Of a stretch of 64,000 nt of DNA, positions 46,633-62,352 are shown one piece after another (the stretch's first letter is position 1; every line of letters begins with the position of its first letter). A model generated the notes under the pieces. That model saw only the letters and a list, made by a program, of their open reading frames with translations, was not told where the DNA came from and did no database searches. Made by a program: the position numbers and the translations under genes. The stretch is from the human T2T-CHM13v2.0 reference genome, Homo sapiens. The stretch lies in assembly GCF_009914755.1 (NCBI RefSeq), contig NC_060928.1. The stretch is one strand, 5' to 3'.

Positions 46633-47640
46633 AGGGTTAAATGAATAAATGAAAAAGAGGTAGGCAGATGGAACAGAAAAGGGACATTTCAAAGGAGAAA
46701 TGGCTAGAGTGATATTGCCAACTATATCTTTTAATGCACTTTCTTAAATGCTTGTTATGCACTTTCTAACTGTATTTTTCAACTTGAAAGCCATATTTGC
46801 CATTCTGTTCTCTTTTTTTAAGTTTTTTTCATGTATTGAAGTAGTCATTCTGAAAATAGAATTTTAAAAAATCCTATTTCACCACTTCAAGCAGTATTTC
46901 TATCATTTTACTTATTCCAAGTCAAACAATTCCAAGTTACCAGGTGAAAGTTACCACTCATACTTTCTGTTTTTATAAATTGTAGCTCTGATATTATTTA
47001 CCTTTGTTGTTTCAGGAATATACTTAAGTTGGTCAGGAACCAGACCCACTAAAATACTAATACTGATATTTTTATTGAATCTAATAAATGTTATCTTGTT
47101 TGCCAATCTGGATAAATTAAATTTTCCATTGCTGTCCATTTACTTTATAAAAATGCCATTTTATTAATTGAATTATTTATTGGCCTGAGTAATTCTTTCG
47201 TGTCATATACCTGTATCATAATCCCTGTGCTAAAATTAAAATAAGAATTATTTAATTTAGGAAGTATTCGTTGAGTAGCTACTATGTGCATAGCATTGAA
47301 AGGAACATACAATCCATGTGTTTTAATATTTTTATCTTTATCTGATATTTGCAGTTTCCCAAATTTACCTTTTCCTAAAGAATGGCTACACGTCTCCCAT
47401 TTTTATCCCACCACATCTAAATATCAACTGATATTCATATTATTTCTCTAGTTTACTGTAAAGAACATGAGTAAATTATACACATATATTTAATCAGTAC
47501 TATAGTTTATTTTGCCTGAAAATACATGTTTTAACATTGTACAATTTTTTTCTAACTTGATTATCCTAGTTCAAGAATATCTTCAACTCCTATTTTTGTT
47601 TAGTTTCAACCCAGAAGACATTTTCTTTAAAATTTTAATT

Positions 47641-47945
47641 GGCTAGGTTTGGTGGCTCATGCCTGTACTCCCTACACTTTGGGACCCCAAGACAGGAGAT
47701 CACTTGAGCCAGGAATTTGAGATCAGCCCGGGCAACATAGCAAGACCCCATCTCTACAAAAAAATAAAAAAAATAATTAGTCATGTGTGGTGGCGCATGC
47801 CTTTAGTCTCAGCTACTTGAGAGGGTGAAGCTGGAAGATTGCTTGAGACCAGGAGGTCGAGGCTGAAGTGAGCTGTGATTGTGCCACTGCACTCAATCTT
47901 GGGCAACAGAGTGAGATCCTATTGAAAAAAAACATAAAATAAAAT
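47641..47945 (+). mobile_element. AluJ
   Basis: Diverged dimer with J diagnostics and an A-rich tail. Confidence 0.9.
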
Positions 47946-48284
47946 AATTGTTTTACTTGAGATTTTTTTGTATTACAATTTTTAACATGTTAATTTTAAA
48001 ATAATCATTGATTACTTTTTTACCTCTCTTCCAATCAAAAAGTGTAATTTTTTCTGTAGGCAAGCTTTATCATCTAAAATGTACTGATATTAAAGAATGG
48101 TAACACATTAATTCATAAGTTCTTTGAAATAGCTAAACTGAAATTTGATATGAAATTATATTAGATACAAGTGTATGATATATGACGTCAGACTATGAAC
48201 TGATGTGTTATTTTCAATGAATATTTAACTATATAATGCAATAATGGCTTTATATAGTTATGTATATTCTAGAATGCCATGCTT

Positions 48285-49125
48285 TAGCTTTAGTAGCCAT
48301 GCTTTTGAGGTCTTTCTCAAGAAATCTTTGCCTGGACCAATGTCCTGAAGTAGTTCTCCAATTTTTTTCTTTTAGAAGTTTTATAGTTTTGAGTCTAAGT
48401 CTTTAATCCATCTTGAGTTTGTTTTTGTATATATAGAGAGATAGGGGTGTACTTTCATCCTTCTGCATATGGATGTCTAATTTTACCAGCACTACTTATT
48501 AAAGAGACTCTTCCCCAATGTCCTTTCCCCCCATACAAGAGCAATGTATGTTCTTGGTTCCTTTGTTGAAAATGAGTTGGCTGTAAATATGTGGATTTCG
48601 CTCTGGGTTCTCTCTTCTCTTCCATTGGTCTATGTGTCTATCTTTATACAGTACCATGCATGCTGTTTTGGGAACTATAGCTTTGTAGTATATTTTGAAG
48701 TCAGGTAGTGAGATGCCTCCAGGTTTGTTCTTTTTGCTCAGGATTCATTTGGCTATGTGGGTCTTTTGTGGTTCCGCAGAAATTTTGCAATTATTTTTCT
48801 TTCTCTGTGAAGAATGTCATTGGTATTTTGATAAGAGTTGTACTGAATCTGTAGATCACTTTGGGTGGTATGGGCAATATTAATTCTTTTAGCCCATGAA
48901 CATGGAATATCTTTCCATTTCTTGTCCTCTTCAATTTCTTTCATCAGTGCTTTACAGTTTTAATTGTATAGATCTTGCACTTATTTGCTTAAATTTATTT
49001 CTAGTTATTTTTATAGCTACTGTAAATGGAATTGTTTTTTATTTTTCCAGTTGTTCACTGTTAACATATAGAAATGCTATTGACTTTTGTACAATGATTT
49101 TGTATCCTGTAACTTAACTGAATTT
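48285..49125 (-). mobile_element. L1 ORF2 fragment (L1M/L1PB age)
   Basis: Minus-strand KEIEEDKKWKDIPCSW..RINI. Confidence 0.85.
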
Positions 49126-50409
49126 GTTTTGAGATTTTTCTCACAGTGATAGTGGCATTTTAAAAATATATGACCTCCTCTCCCTATTTTTGATGAATCC
49201 TTTAGGTTATCATAAATATTTGTTGAACAAATGTAGGAACAAAATATTATGATAATGGAACTTATGGGTTTTTTTTCCCTAAGAGTTCTTATGGGACACA
49301 ATATGTAATGTTTCCTTCATATTAAAAATCAATTTTAAATAATCAAAAAATTCTGTGCATAAAATGTGACTTATAACAATTTGTTTACAAAGTCTTTTTT
49401 TAAAAAACAGAAATTCTATAGTGAAAAAGAAGCACTGGGGATAATGAGCTGTTAGAATTGTATTTATTTTTATTATTTAGTTATTTGTTGATAAGTGTTG
49501 TATGAAAGGGAGGCTTAAGAGGTTATAGAGCATAATTATTATTGAAGCATTAGGAATATGCATACTAGGAATGTGAGTGTGTATGTGTTATGTGTTTGTA
49601 TACATGCATATATATATATGTATATAGGCATGAGTGTTTCTGGGAGCAGATGGATACAAATAAAATTGTTTGATTCCTAAGCCAGCATCCTACCACCTAG
49701 CAAGAGGACAGAGGAAAGTAATTTCAGGTATGTGAAGACTGCCAAGTAACACAGGATAACAAGACCGAAGAGCTGTGATATACGTGGCTCTCCAAGGTAG
49801 GGAGATGAAATAACAGATACAAAGATGAATATTTAGAGATTTAGAGAAGCATATTTGATTGGCTGCCAGGCTCCAGGAATGATCAGAAGTTCTTGGGAAA
49901 AAAAATGGTGACTTACTTCTGCTACCTCTGTCTTTAAGACCAGTGTACAATTTCTAATTTCACTATACCAGAGAGTAAATCTTGCTCAAATGTCTGTGGC
50001 CTTAACATTGAATTCTACTTCAAGGACTACTCTTTCCTCCATCAGTATTTTTAACTTTGCAAAAACTGCAGTTATTCCAGTTTATAAAATTCTGTTGTTC
50101 ACTTGCTTACTAGATTATTTTACACCTGAATATAATAACTTTCCTATGATGAGAAACAGCTCCTCACCTTGCTTGTTATTTGAGACAGCCATTGACTAAG
50201 AAAAAAGCCTAAGAGATAGAAATATCATAGCAACTCAGCCACTGGCAGTGGCAAGCAGAGCATTTTGAAGGGAAATATGTAGCCCTTCTTCACATAGTCT
50301 CAAAGGTAGAGTAAGCATCAGGCAATGCAAGATCACATTGCAGGAGCATTTGACTGAGTGGTAAATATCAAGGCCAGCTTCCATGGAGAGTTGAAAGTAA
50401 AATCAGTAA

Positions 50410-50800
50410 TTTGTCTTTAATTTGCAAACAAAAAAATTTACATGTGTTCTAAATAAACAAAGCTGTTTATTTCCTTCGTCTAAGAATATTGATAATTCGT
50501 AGGGATGGGTTAGGGTACTGCTCCTTCTATCTAGTGACTCCATTAACATCTCAGATTTCAAAGTCTCTTGTTGGATTTTCGGCATCCAGCCAGCAGAAGA
50601 GGTAAGAGAAAATAATGCAGAGAATTGAGGAATAGCTTTTAAGGTCCAGGAGGTGACATTCCCTTTGCCCTCGTTCTACTGGTCAAAATTCAGTCCGATG
50701 GCTCTAACGATATGCCACAAAGATTAGAAAATATAGTCTAGCCCTGTACCCAGGAAGAAGAGAAACAATTTTTGTGTATCTACCAGCTAGAGTCTAGCTA
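50410..50800 (-). mobile_element. Old MLT1 (J/K/L-like) LTR
   Basis: catccagccagcagaagagg...ctactggtcaaaattcagtc...gaaaatatagtctagcc; weak match. Confidence 0.45.
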
Positions 50801-51479
50801 GTCTGAGTCTTGGTGATGATGGTGATGATGATGATAATTGTTGGGTTTGGAATAATCATCTGTATTAACCTTATCCTTAATTTGCACTGGATCAGAGACA
50901 AGTTAATCATTAATATTTACATATCAACAACTGTGTTGATCCCTTCCACCCCAGTGTTTACTCTTCGAGCACACCGTGAAAGCCAGGTGGTAAAATCTCT
51001 TATTGTGAGTGGCCTTACACTTTCATCCATAAATGTGAGGATGAAAGAAAATACATTATATCTACTTGTATGCTACAGAGAAGGATGGTTGCTTTCACCA
51101 CAAATCCCAAAAGGAGGGAGAAAAATTTCTATTCCTTGGGGATGGAAAGAAAAGGAAAATTTATTCTTACTCTAACCTTTGGAATGAAAATCCCCTCAAA
51201 GGATAAAAAAAATCCCATTTTCCCTGGCTTCTATGACTTTTATGACTTTTAGAGATGTCTCCAGGACCATGAGTCTCAGTTTCTCTTGAAATGGAAACAC
51301 ATACCACTCTGAGGTAGGTGAATCTCTTTTGAGTTCTCTCACTATCTAGATGGTTGTAAATTTACTTCCAAAGACTTGCTCATAGCCCAGGATCTCAAGT
51401 TTTTGGCATAATTTATTTAGCCAGTCTATGGCTAAAACACAGAAATACTTTCTTAGCACTCCACAATGACAATGATGAT

Positions 51480-51715
51480 AATAACAGCTAAAATTTATTA
51501 AGCACTTGCCATGTTTCAAAAATTATTCTCCATGTTTTACTTAGAATTTGTAGTATCTCATTAATCTCCACAAACTAGTGAGGATATTACTGATTGAATT
51601 CCATTTTACACGTGAGAAAATTGAGACACAAAGAAGTTAGTAGAGTACCTAAGACCACACAGGTACAAAGTGGCACAGATGGAATTTGCACACATGTAGT
51701 TTAGTCTAGAGTGTG
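51480..51715 (-). mobile_element. MIR
   Basis: acagctaaaatttattaagcacttgccatg...ccattttacacgtgagaaaattgagacaca. Confidence 0.75.
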
Positions 51716-53656
51716 TAAAATATATCCTTTATTAAGAAAAAAAAAGTATAGTTGTGGGACAACAAATGACCCCTGTGCATTGTCAAACCCCTTACCAGGA
51801 CGTCCTTTTATCACTGTGGTATTAAGGTTCCTGACCACCAGCCCTCATTTGGATTAGCTATACTTGTATGGATTTCGGTGGAGCTCTTTATTAGTAAAAT
51901 GGCTGTTTTATCTTCAAACAATGTAGCATACCTATTGGATTGATTTATGAATAGAAAAGTAGCTTTGAGTCAGAGATTTTAGTTTGTTTATTCCTGGGTT
52001 CCCTAAAGCCTAGCACAGTAATGTTCAAAAGGGTATCTCTCAGTAACTATTTTTGTACAAATGATTAAGAACATATTCTAAGCAGGCATGTAGCAGATCC
52101 ATACTAAGCAGTAGGAGTCTATCCTTCTTTCTGACTAAGGACCATAGCCCATTTATGGAATAAACCAAGTGAGAAGTAAGTAACTGGTGAAAATACATTC
52201 ATTATGGGCAAATTAAGAGCTCTTTTACTATCTATTTAATGTGTTTCATCATAAATTATAATTCCAGGGACCTATTGCTGCTCACTCAAACAAAAGTACA
52301 ATCTTATTAAGGGATAAAAAGATGTAAGGGGAAATGTTTAAGAGTGAAACTTTTCAGAGATTATATAAATGTAATCTTCAATTAGTTATTGCCTTAATAA
52401 TCATGAATTCTGAAGTAACAAAAATCCTGAATAAATGAGATTTTCACCCTGAGATTGAAAGAAAATTTTCAACTGAAATAATTTCCTCCTTATCATACAG
52501 TTTAAATCCCTTTTTATTCATATTTTATGCAAATATGTCATTATATTTTGTACGTATCAGATATTGAAGCTCTCTTCTAAAACTTTATATTTTTGATAAA
52601 TATTTCTGTGAAATAAAAGAAAATATGGGAAGGGTGGTTCCAAGATGGCCGAATAGGAACAGCTCTAGTCTACAGCTCCTAGCGTCAGCCACGCAGAAGA
52701 TGGGTGATTTCTGCATTTCCAACTGAGGTACCAGGTTCATCTCACTGGGGTTTGTTGGACAGTGGGTGAAGGACAGTGGGGGCAGCCCACCGAGTGTGAG
52801 CCAAAGCAGGGCACGGCATCGCCTCACCCGGGAAGTGCAAGGGGTCAAGGAATTCCCTTTCCTAGCCAAGGGAAGCGGTGCCAGACGGCACTTGGAAAAT
52901 TGGGTCACTCCCACCCTAATACTGTGCTTTTCCAATGGTCTTAGCAAATGGCACACCAGGAGATTATATCTTGTGCCTGGCTCGGAGGGTCCCACACCCA
53001 CGGAGCCTCGCTCATTGCTAGCACAGCAGTCAGAGATCGAACTGCAAGGCAGCAGTGAGGCTTGGGGAGGGGCGCCTGCAATTGCTGAGGCTTGAGTAGG
53101 TAAACAAAGTGGCCAGGAAGCTTGAACTGGGTAGAGCCCACCTCTGCTCAAGGAGGCCTGCCTACCTCTGAGACTCCACCTCTGGGGGCAGGGCATAGCC
53201 GAACAAAAAGCAGCAGAAACTTCTGCAGACTTAAATGTCCCGGTCTGACAGCTTTGAAGAGAGTAGTGGTTCTCCCAGCATGCAGCTGGAGATATGAGAA
53301 CGGACAGACTGCCTCCTCAAGTGGGTCCCTGACCCCCTGAGTAGCCTAACTGGGAGGCACCCCCCAGTAGAGGTAGACTGACTCCCCACATGGCCAAGTA
53401 ACCCTCTGAGACAAAGCTTCCAGAGGAATGATCAGGCAGCAACATTTGCTGTTCAGCAATAATCGCTGTTCTGCAGCCTCCGCTGCTGATACCCAGGCAA
53501 ACAGGGTCTGGAGTGGACCTCCAGCAAACTCAACAGACCTGCAGCTGAGGGTGCTGACTGTTAGAAGGAAAACTAACAAACAGAAAGGACATCCACACCA
53601 AAACCCCATCTGGACGTCACCATCATCAAAGACCAAAGGTAGATAAAACCACAAAG

Positions 53657-54670
53657 ATGGGGAAAAAACAGAGCAAAAAAGCTGAAAATTCTAAAAATCA
53701 GAGCACCTCTCCTCCTCCAAAGGAATGCAGCTCCTCACCAGCAACAGAACAAAGCTGGACAGAGAATGACTTTGACGAGTTGAGAGAAGGCGTCAGACGA
53801 TCAAACTTCTCTGAGCTAAAGGAGGAAGTTCGAACCCATCGCAAAGAAGCTACAAACCTTCAAAAAAGATTAGACGCATGGCTAATTAGAATAACCAGTG
53901 TAGAGAAGTCCTTAAATGACCTGATGGAGCTGAAAACCATGGCACGAGAGCTACGTGATTAATGCACAAGCTTCAGAAGCTGATTCGATCAATGGGAAGA
54001 AAGGGTATCAGTGATTGAAGATCAAATGAATGAAATGAAGTGGGAAGAGAAGTTTAGAGAAAAAAGAGTAAAAAGAAATGAACAAAGCCTCCAAGAAATA
54101 TGGGACTATGTGAAAAGACCAAATCTAGGTCTGATTGGTGTACCTGAAAGTAACAGGGAGAATGGAACCAAGCTGGCAAACACTCTGCAGGATATTATCC
54201 AGGAGAACTTCCCCAACCTAGCAAGGCAGGCCAACATTCAAATTCAGGAAATACAGAGAATGCCACAAAGATATTCCTCGAGAAGAGCAACTCCAAGACA
54301 CATAATTGTCAGATTTACTGAAGTTGAAATAAAGGAAAAAATGTTAAGGGCAGCCAGTGAGAAAGGTCACGTTACCCACATAGGGAAGCCCATCAAACTA
54401 ACAGCGGATCTCTCAGCAGAAACTCTACAAGCCAGAAGAGAGTGGGGGCCAATATTCAACATTCTTAAAGAAAAGTATTTTCAAACCAGAATTTCATATC
54501 CAGCCAAACGAAGCTTCATAAGTGAAGGAGAAGTAAAATCCTTTACAGACAAGCAAATGCTGAGAGATTTTGTCACCAAAAGGCCTGCCCTACAAGAGCT
54601 CCTAAAGGAAGCACTAAACATGCAAAGGAACAACCGGTACCAGCCACTGCAAAAATATGCCAAAATATAA
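53657..54670 (+). pseudogene. L1 ORF1p, disrupted
   Basis: Split into 101-aa and 219-aa ORFs by premature stops near 53960-53983. Confidence 0.93.
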
Positions 54671-54733
54671 AGACCATCGATGCTAGGAAGAAACTGCATC
54701 AACTGACAAGCAAAATAACCAGCTAACATCGTA

Positions 54734-58560
<3,827 letters not shown>

Positions 58561-60187
58561 TGAGAACACTTGGACACAGGAACAGGAACATGACACACCT
58601 GGGCCTGTCATGGTGTGCAGGGAGGGGAGAGGGATAGCATTAGGAGATATACCTAATATAAATGATGAGTTAATGGGTGCAGCACACCAACATGGCACAT
58701 GTATACATATGTAATAAGCCTGCACTTTGTGCACATGTACCCTAGAACTTAACATATAATTAAAAAAAAAAGGAAAAATATGGAGGTAATAAAATATTTA
58801 TAACCATAGGAATAGTTTTTTTTGATAAAAAGAAGCAATCACAATGTTATGTTTTATTAGTAATCCAACAAATAAGGATGATTTTTTGCAAATTTTGGTT
58901 GTATATGTTTATGTTTTTATATTTAAGTTTTCCATTTAGAGTTAACATTAATCATAAAAATTATTAAAATATATTCTTTTAAATATAGATTTGATCCTAT
59001 AACTGAAAAAGAATTAATCAGTTTACTTGGGAGAGGTGCAATAATGCTCTGGATGCTGGAAATATCAGAAATATAAATGGTTGTGCTGAGGTATAAATAC
59101 ATCTCAAGATGTAAGCCATTGACTCATGTCTCATTGGTGATACTAAGGCTATCATAAATATGTCCATATAATTTTAAGGGATATTAGGCCAAAATTCAAT
59201 CTCATATCTAAACTAATTATCCAATTTCAGAAGCTTTGCCTTCCAGATCTTACAGTCCACTGCTCAAAATAGTTTGTTAGTTTATTAGAAAAGTGAAAAG
59301 AAAAAATAAGTAGTGGAAAATTAATTGATAATATGAAAGATTCGATGCAGATTTATCTAATATACCAAATCTACATTGGATCTTTCATTTTATCAATTAA
59401 TTTTCTTGTGTATTACTGATTTCAAATTTTTGACAAGCTGCTCATATCTTTAGGCAAGTTAAACTTCATATCTTGGGAATTCTGTTTGTAAAGCTGACAT
59501 TTTAGCTGAAAAATCCTTCTGGCCTGCTATGATATAAGATAACAATGAGACATGAAGTGCTTTAAGAATCACTTCAGTAGAACATAGTTTTTAAAAAAGT
59601 TCTGACTCTAAGAAAAGGTGGACTACATGTATTTCTACATATAATATTTTCCCTAATAATGCTTTTAAGGCAGATTTTTCGTTCAGCTTAGTTTTTAGGA
59701 AACCTATCAACCACTGTGTGTTCACTCTGTTTCCTCTCTTGGGGCACCCCAAAACTAGCAAGTAGTTTTCCCCCTGTTATCCTTCACATTGACTTGAATG
59801 TCTCAGTTTGCTTAAAAGATTAGGGTGAAAGAGAATCATACCAGTCTAGACTAACCTAAGCCCTGGAGAACTTCCCTAGGTTGAGTTAGGTCAAATACTC
59901 AATGCTCTGTGTACAAATGCTTAACTAGATATGACTACCTTACATGAAGTGGCTCAACCATAATTCTGCATATTGTTTAAACAATTCTACATTGGATCTA
60001 TGATACTTATTAATAAGTGTCTAGAAATCACATTAAAAGAGGAAATAAGACTAATTTTGTATGTTTTGGAAGATAATTAATAGTGATTTCCCAGTGCCCT
60101 CTACTAAGTGGTGCAATCATAGAAGAAGTTTAGCAAGTGAACTTGCTAAACTTAAAATTTGCTTTGCTCATTCATAAGCTATGAAAC

Positions 60188-60412
60188 TCCATTTGCTTTG
60201 CTCATTCATAAGCTATGAAACTCATTCCTACACATTCTAATGTTTATGATGCAAATATATGTCTCTGGAAAATTTCAAATTACCTTCATGGACTTTCAGA
60301 TTGAAAGTCCGACTGTTAAATCTGTAGATGCAAAAAGCCTACTTATATAACCAGTGCTGAAATGACATCTACAGTGCCATGGGCTAATCGTATCTTTATT
60401 TTAATATTTTGT
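60188..60412 (+). repeat. 225-bp direct copy of 61159-61383
   Basis: Ungapped, offset 971 bp, 7 mismatches by manual count (~97%); flanked by aacttgctaaact direct repeats. Confidence 0.95.
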
Positions 60413-60776
60413 AAACTTGCTAAACTGAATGTTGTTAAACTGAATGTTGAATTTGAAGTGAAGTTATAGACACTTAGGTGCTAGGGTATTGTACAGATTG
60501 TAGACATTTAACATTTTATTTCACATTTAAAGTTTCAAATATGTTTTTAAAGCTAATATGCTAATGGAGAAGGTATCTAAATCCTTTGTAGTTGGAAGTA
60601 ATTCTATTCCTCCTTCTTCTTCCTAAATATACTAGCTTTCTTCTACTGCAACTAATCTTTTCATTTTATTAATAATATTTATATTATGGAAGACTAAAAT
60701 GGTAAAAAAAAATAAAAATAAATGAGATCCAGTGTGTGCTGCTTTATACGTAGCAGACTGGGGATGACACGTATAC

Positions 60777-60857
60777 TTTGTTCTTTTTTGCTGTTGTTGT
60801 TAGAGACAGGCTCTCCCAAAGTGCTGGGATTACAGACATGAGCCACACCACCTAGCC
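60777..60857 (-). mobile_element. Internally deleted Alu/FLAM remnant
   Basis: T-rich tail and gagacagg fused directly to ctcccaaagtgctgggattacag...cctagcc. Confidence 0.75.
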
Positions 60858-61567
60858 AGCATATAGACTTTTATCTCTCATGCCTATTCTGATAGAATAG
60901 TAGTGGTTACCTGGAGGGCTGTGTACAGAGGAATTTTAGGTTGAATATGGTATCAGAACAGAAAATAATTAATAAGCCATATCTGCTATGAGTTCTTGTA
61001 ATCTACCATCTGCCAGTAAATCCTTGATTTTTGGAAGGGATAGTCATAAGACCTCTGAAAATTTCCATATTCAAATAAGAACGTGTAATTCCCTCTTCCC
61101 CCCACAAAATTATGTATGCACAGACAAATGAATAATAAATAGGATGTATTCATAGCAATCCATTTGCTTTGCTCATTCATAAGCTATGAAACTCATTCCT
61201 GCATATTCTAATGTATATGATGCAAATGTGTGTCTCTGGAAAATTTCAAATTAACTTCATGGACTTTCAGATTGAAAGTCCGACTGTTAAATCTGTAGAT
61301 GCAAAAAGCCTACTTATATAACTAGTGCTGAAATGACATCTACAGTGCCATGGGCTAATCGTATCTTTATTTTAATATTTTGTCCAGTTCAACAATATTT
61401 GCTTCAGAGATAATCATGCATCTAATTGGGCCAAAATATAAGGTTTTAGGGGTGAATGTTAAGATGTAATGCATCAGAGAAGACTTTCAGTAGCCTCATC
61501 ATTGAATTTGAAGGATAAGAACACTATGGAGAAATTAGGAGAAAACACTATGCTATGGAAAATACTA

Positions 61568-61927
61568 TGCTGTGGAAACCCTATCCAGTAACTTTACCAT
61601 GAGTGTAATCTACCCAAATGAATTGCTGGACCCAGACTGTGTGCACAGATGGCTGAAACAGTCAGACCTACACCTAGGAGATGAGATCATTCAGGTTCAC
61701 CGTGACCCAGCCGCGCTGGATGGATCTGGATGTGCTACTCTCACGGTTGTCATGAGGTAATATGGATAGGCTATTAAGAAAGCCGTGACGACGCACTCCC
61801 CTGAGACACGGTCTGCTTGTTTTGCTGCATGTAGTAAACAGCTCTCTCACTAGATCTGACAGCACTTGGTGGTGATATTCTTTTCCCTTCAGACTGACTG
61901 AGGAGGATTTCAGAGGTACCTACAGCA
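61568..61927 (+). other. CpG-rich 360-bp LTR-like unit, family not recognised
   Basis: TG...CA ends with a 7/8 inverted repeat (tgctgtgg / ctacagca); TATTAA at 61772; AGTAAA at 61833; 8 CpGs in ~61700-61811; no clear TSD. Confidence 0.4.
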
Positions 61928-62016
61928 TTAAGCCTTTGCCTGTAGGATGTTATAATTTTGTGTGTGTGTTGCATAAGGATAAATTTTTGCCATGTTGCTG
62001 TAAAAACATCTAAAGA

Positions 62017-62261
62017 AGGAGATCAAGACCATCCTGGCTAATACAGTGAAACCTTGTCTCTACTAAAAATACAAAAAAAGTAGCCGGGCATAGTGGCGGG
62101 CGCCTGTAGTCCTAGCTACTCATGAGACTGAGGCAGGAGAATGGCGTGAACCCGGGAGGCAGAGCTTGCAGTGAGCTGAGATCGTGCCACTGCACTCCAG
62201 CCTGGGCGACAGAGCGACACTCCATCTCAAAAAAAAAAAAAAAAGAAAAAAAAGAAAAAAA
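62017..62261 (+). mobile_element. 5'-truncated AluY
   Basis: Starts at ggagatcaagaccatcctggctaa; Y diagnostics; A-tail; ctaaaga on both flanks. Confidence 0.93.
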
Positions 62262-62352
62262 CTAAAGATTTTATTTAACTAAGTTATTAGTAAAAAAAAT
62301 CATTAGGTCTCATTTTAGAATTCACTTGGCACACATGAAAAGAGGTGACCTG

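Noticed and set aside
60245-60367. C/D-box snoRNA in the duplicated unit (ATGATG...CTGA)
   Set aside because: The C box is imperfect, and there is no convincing terminal stem or recognisable guide.
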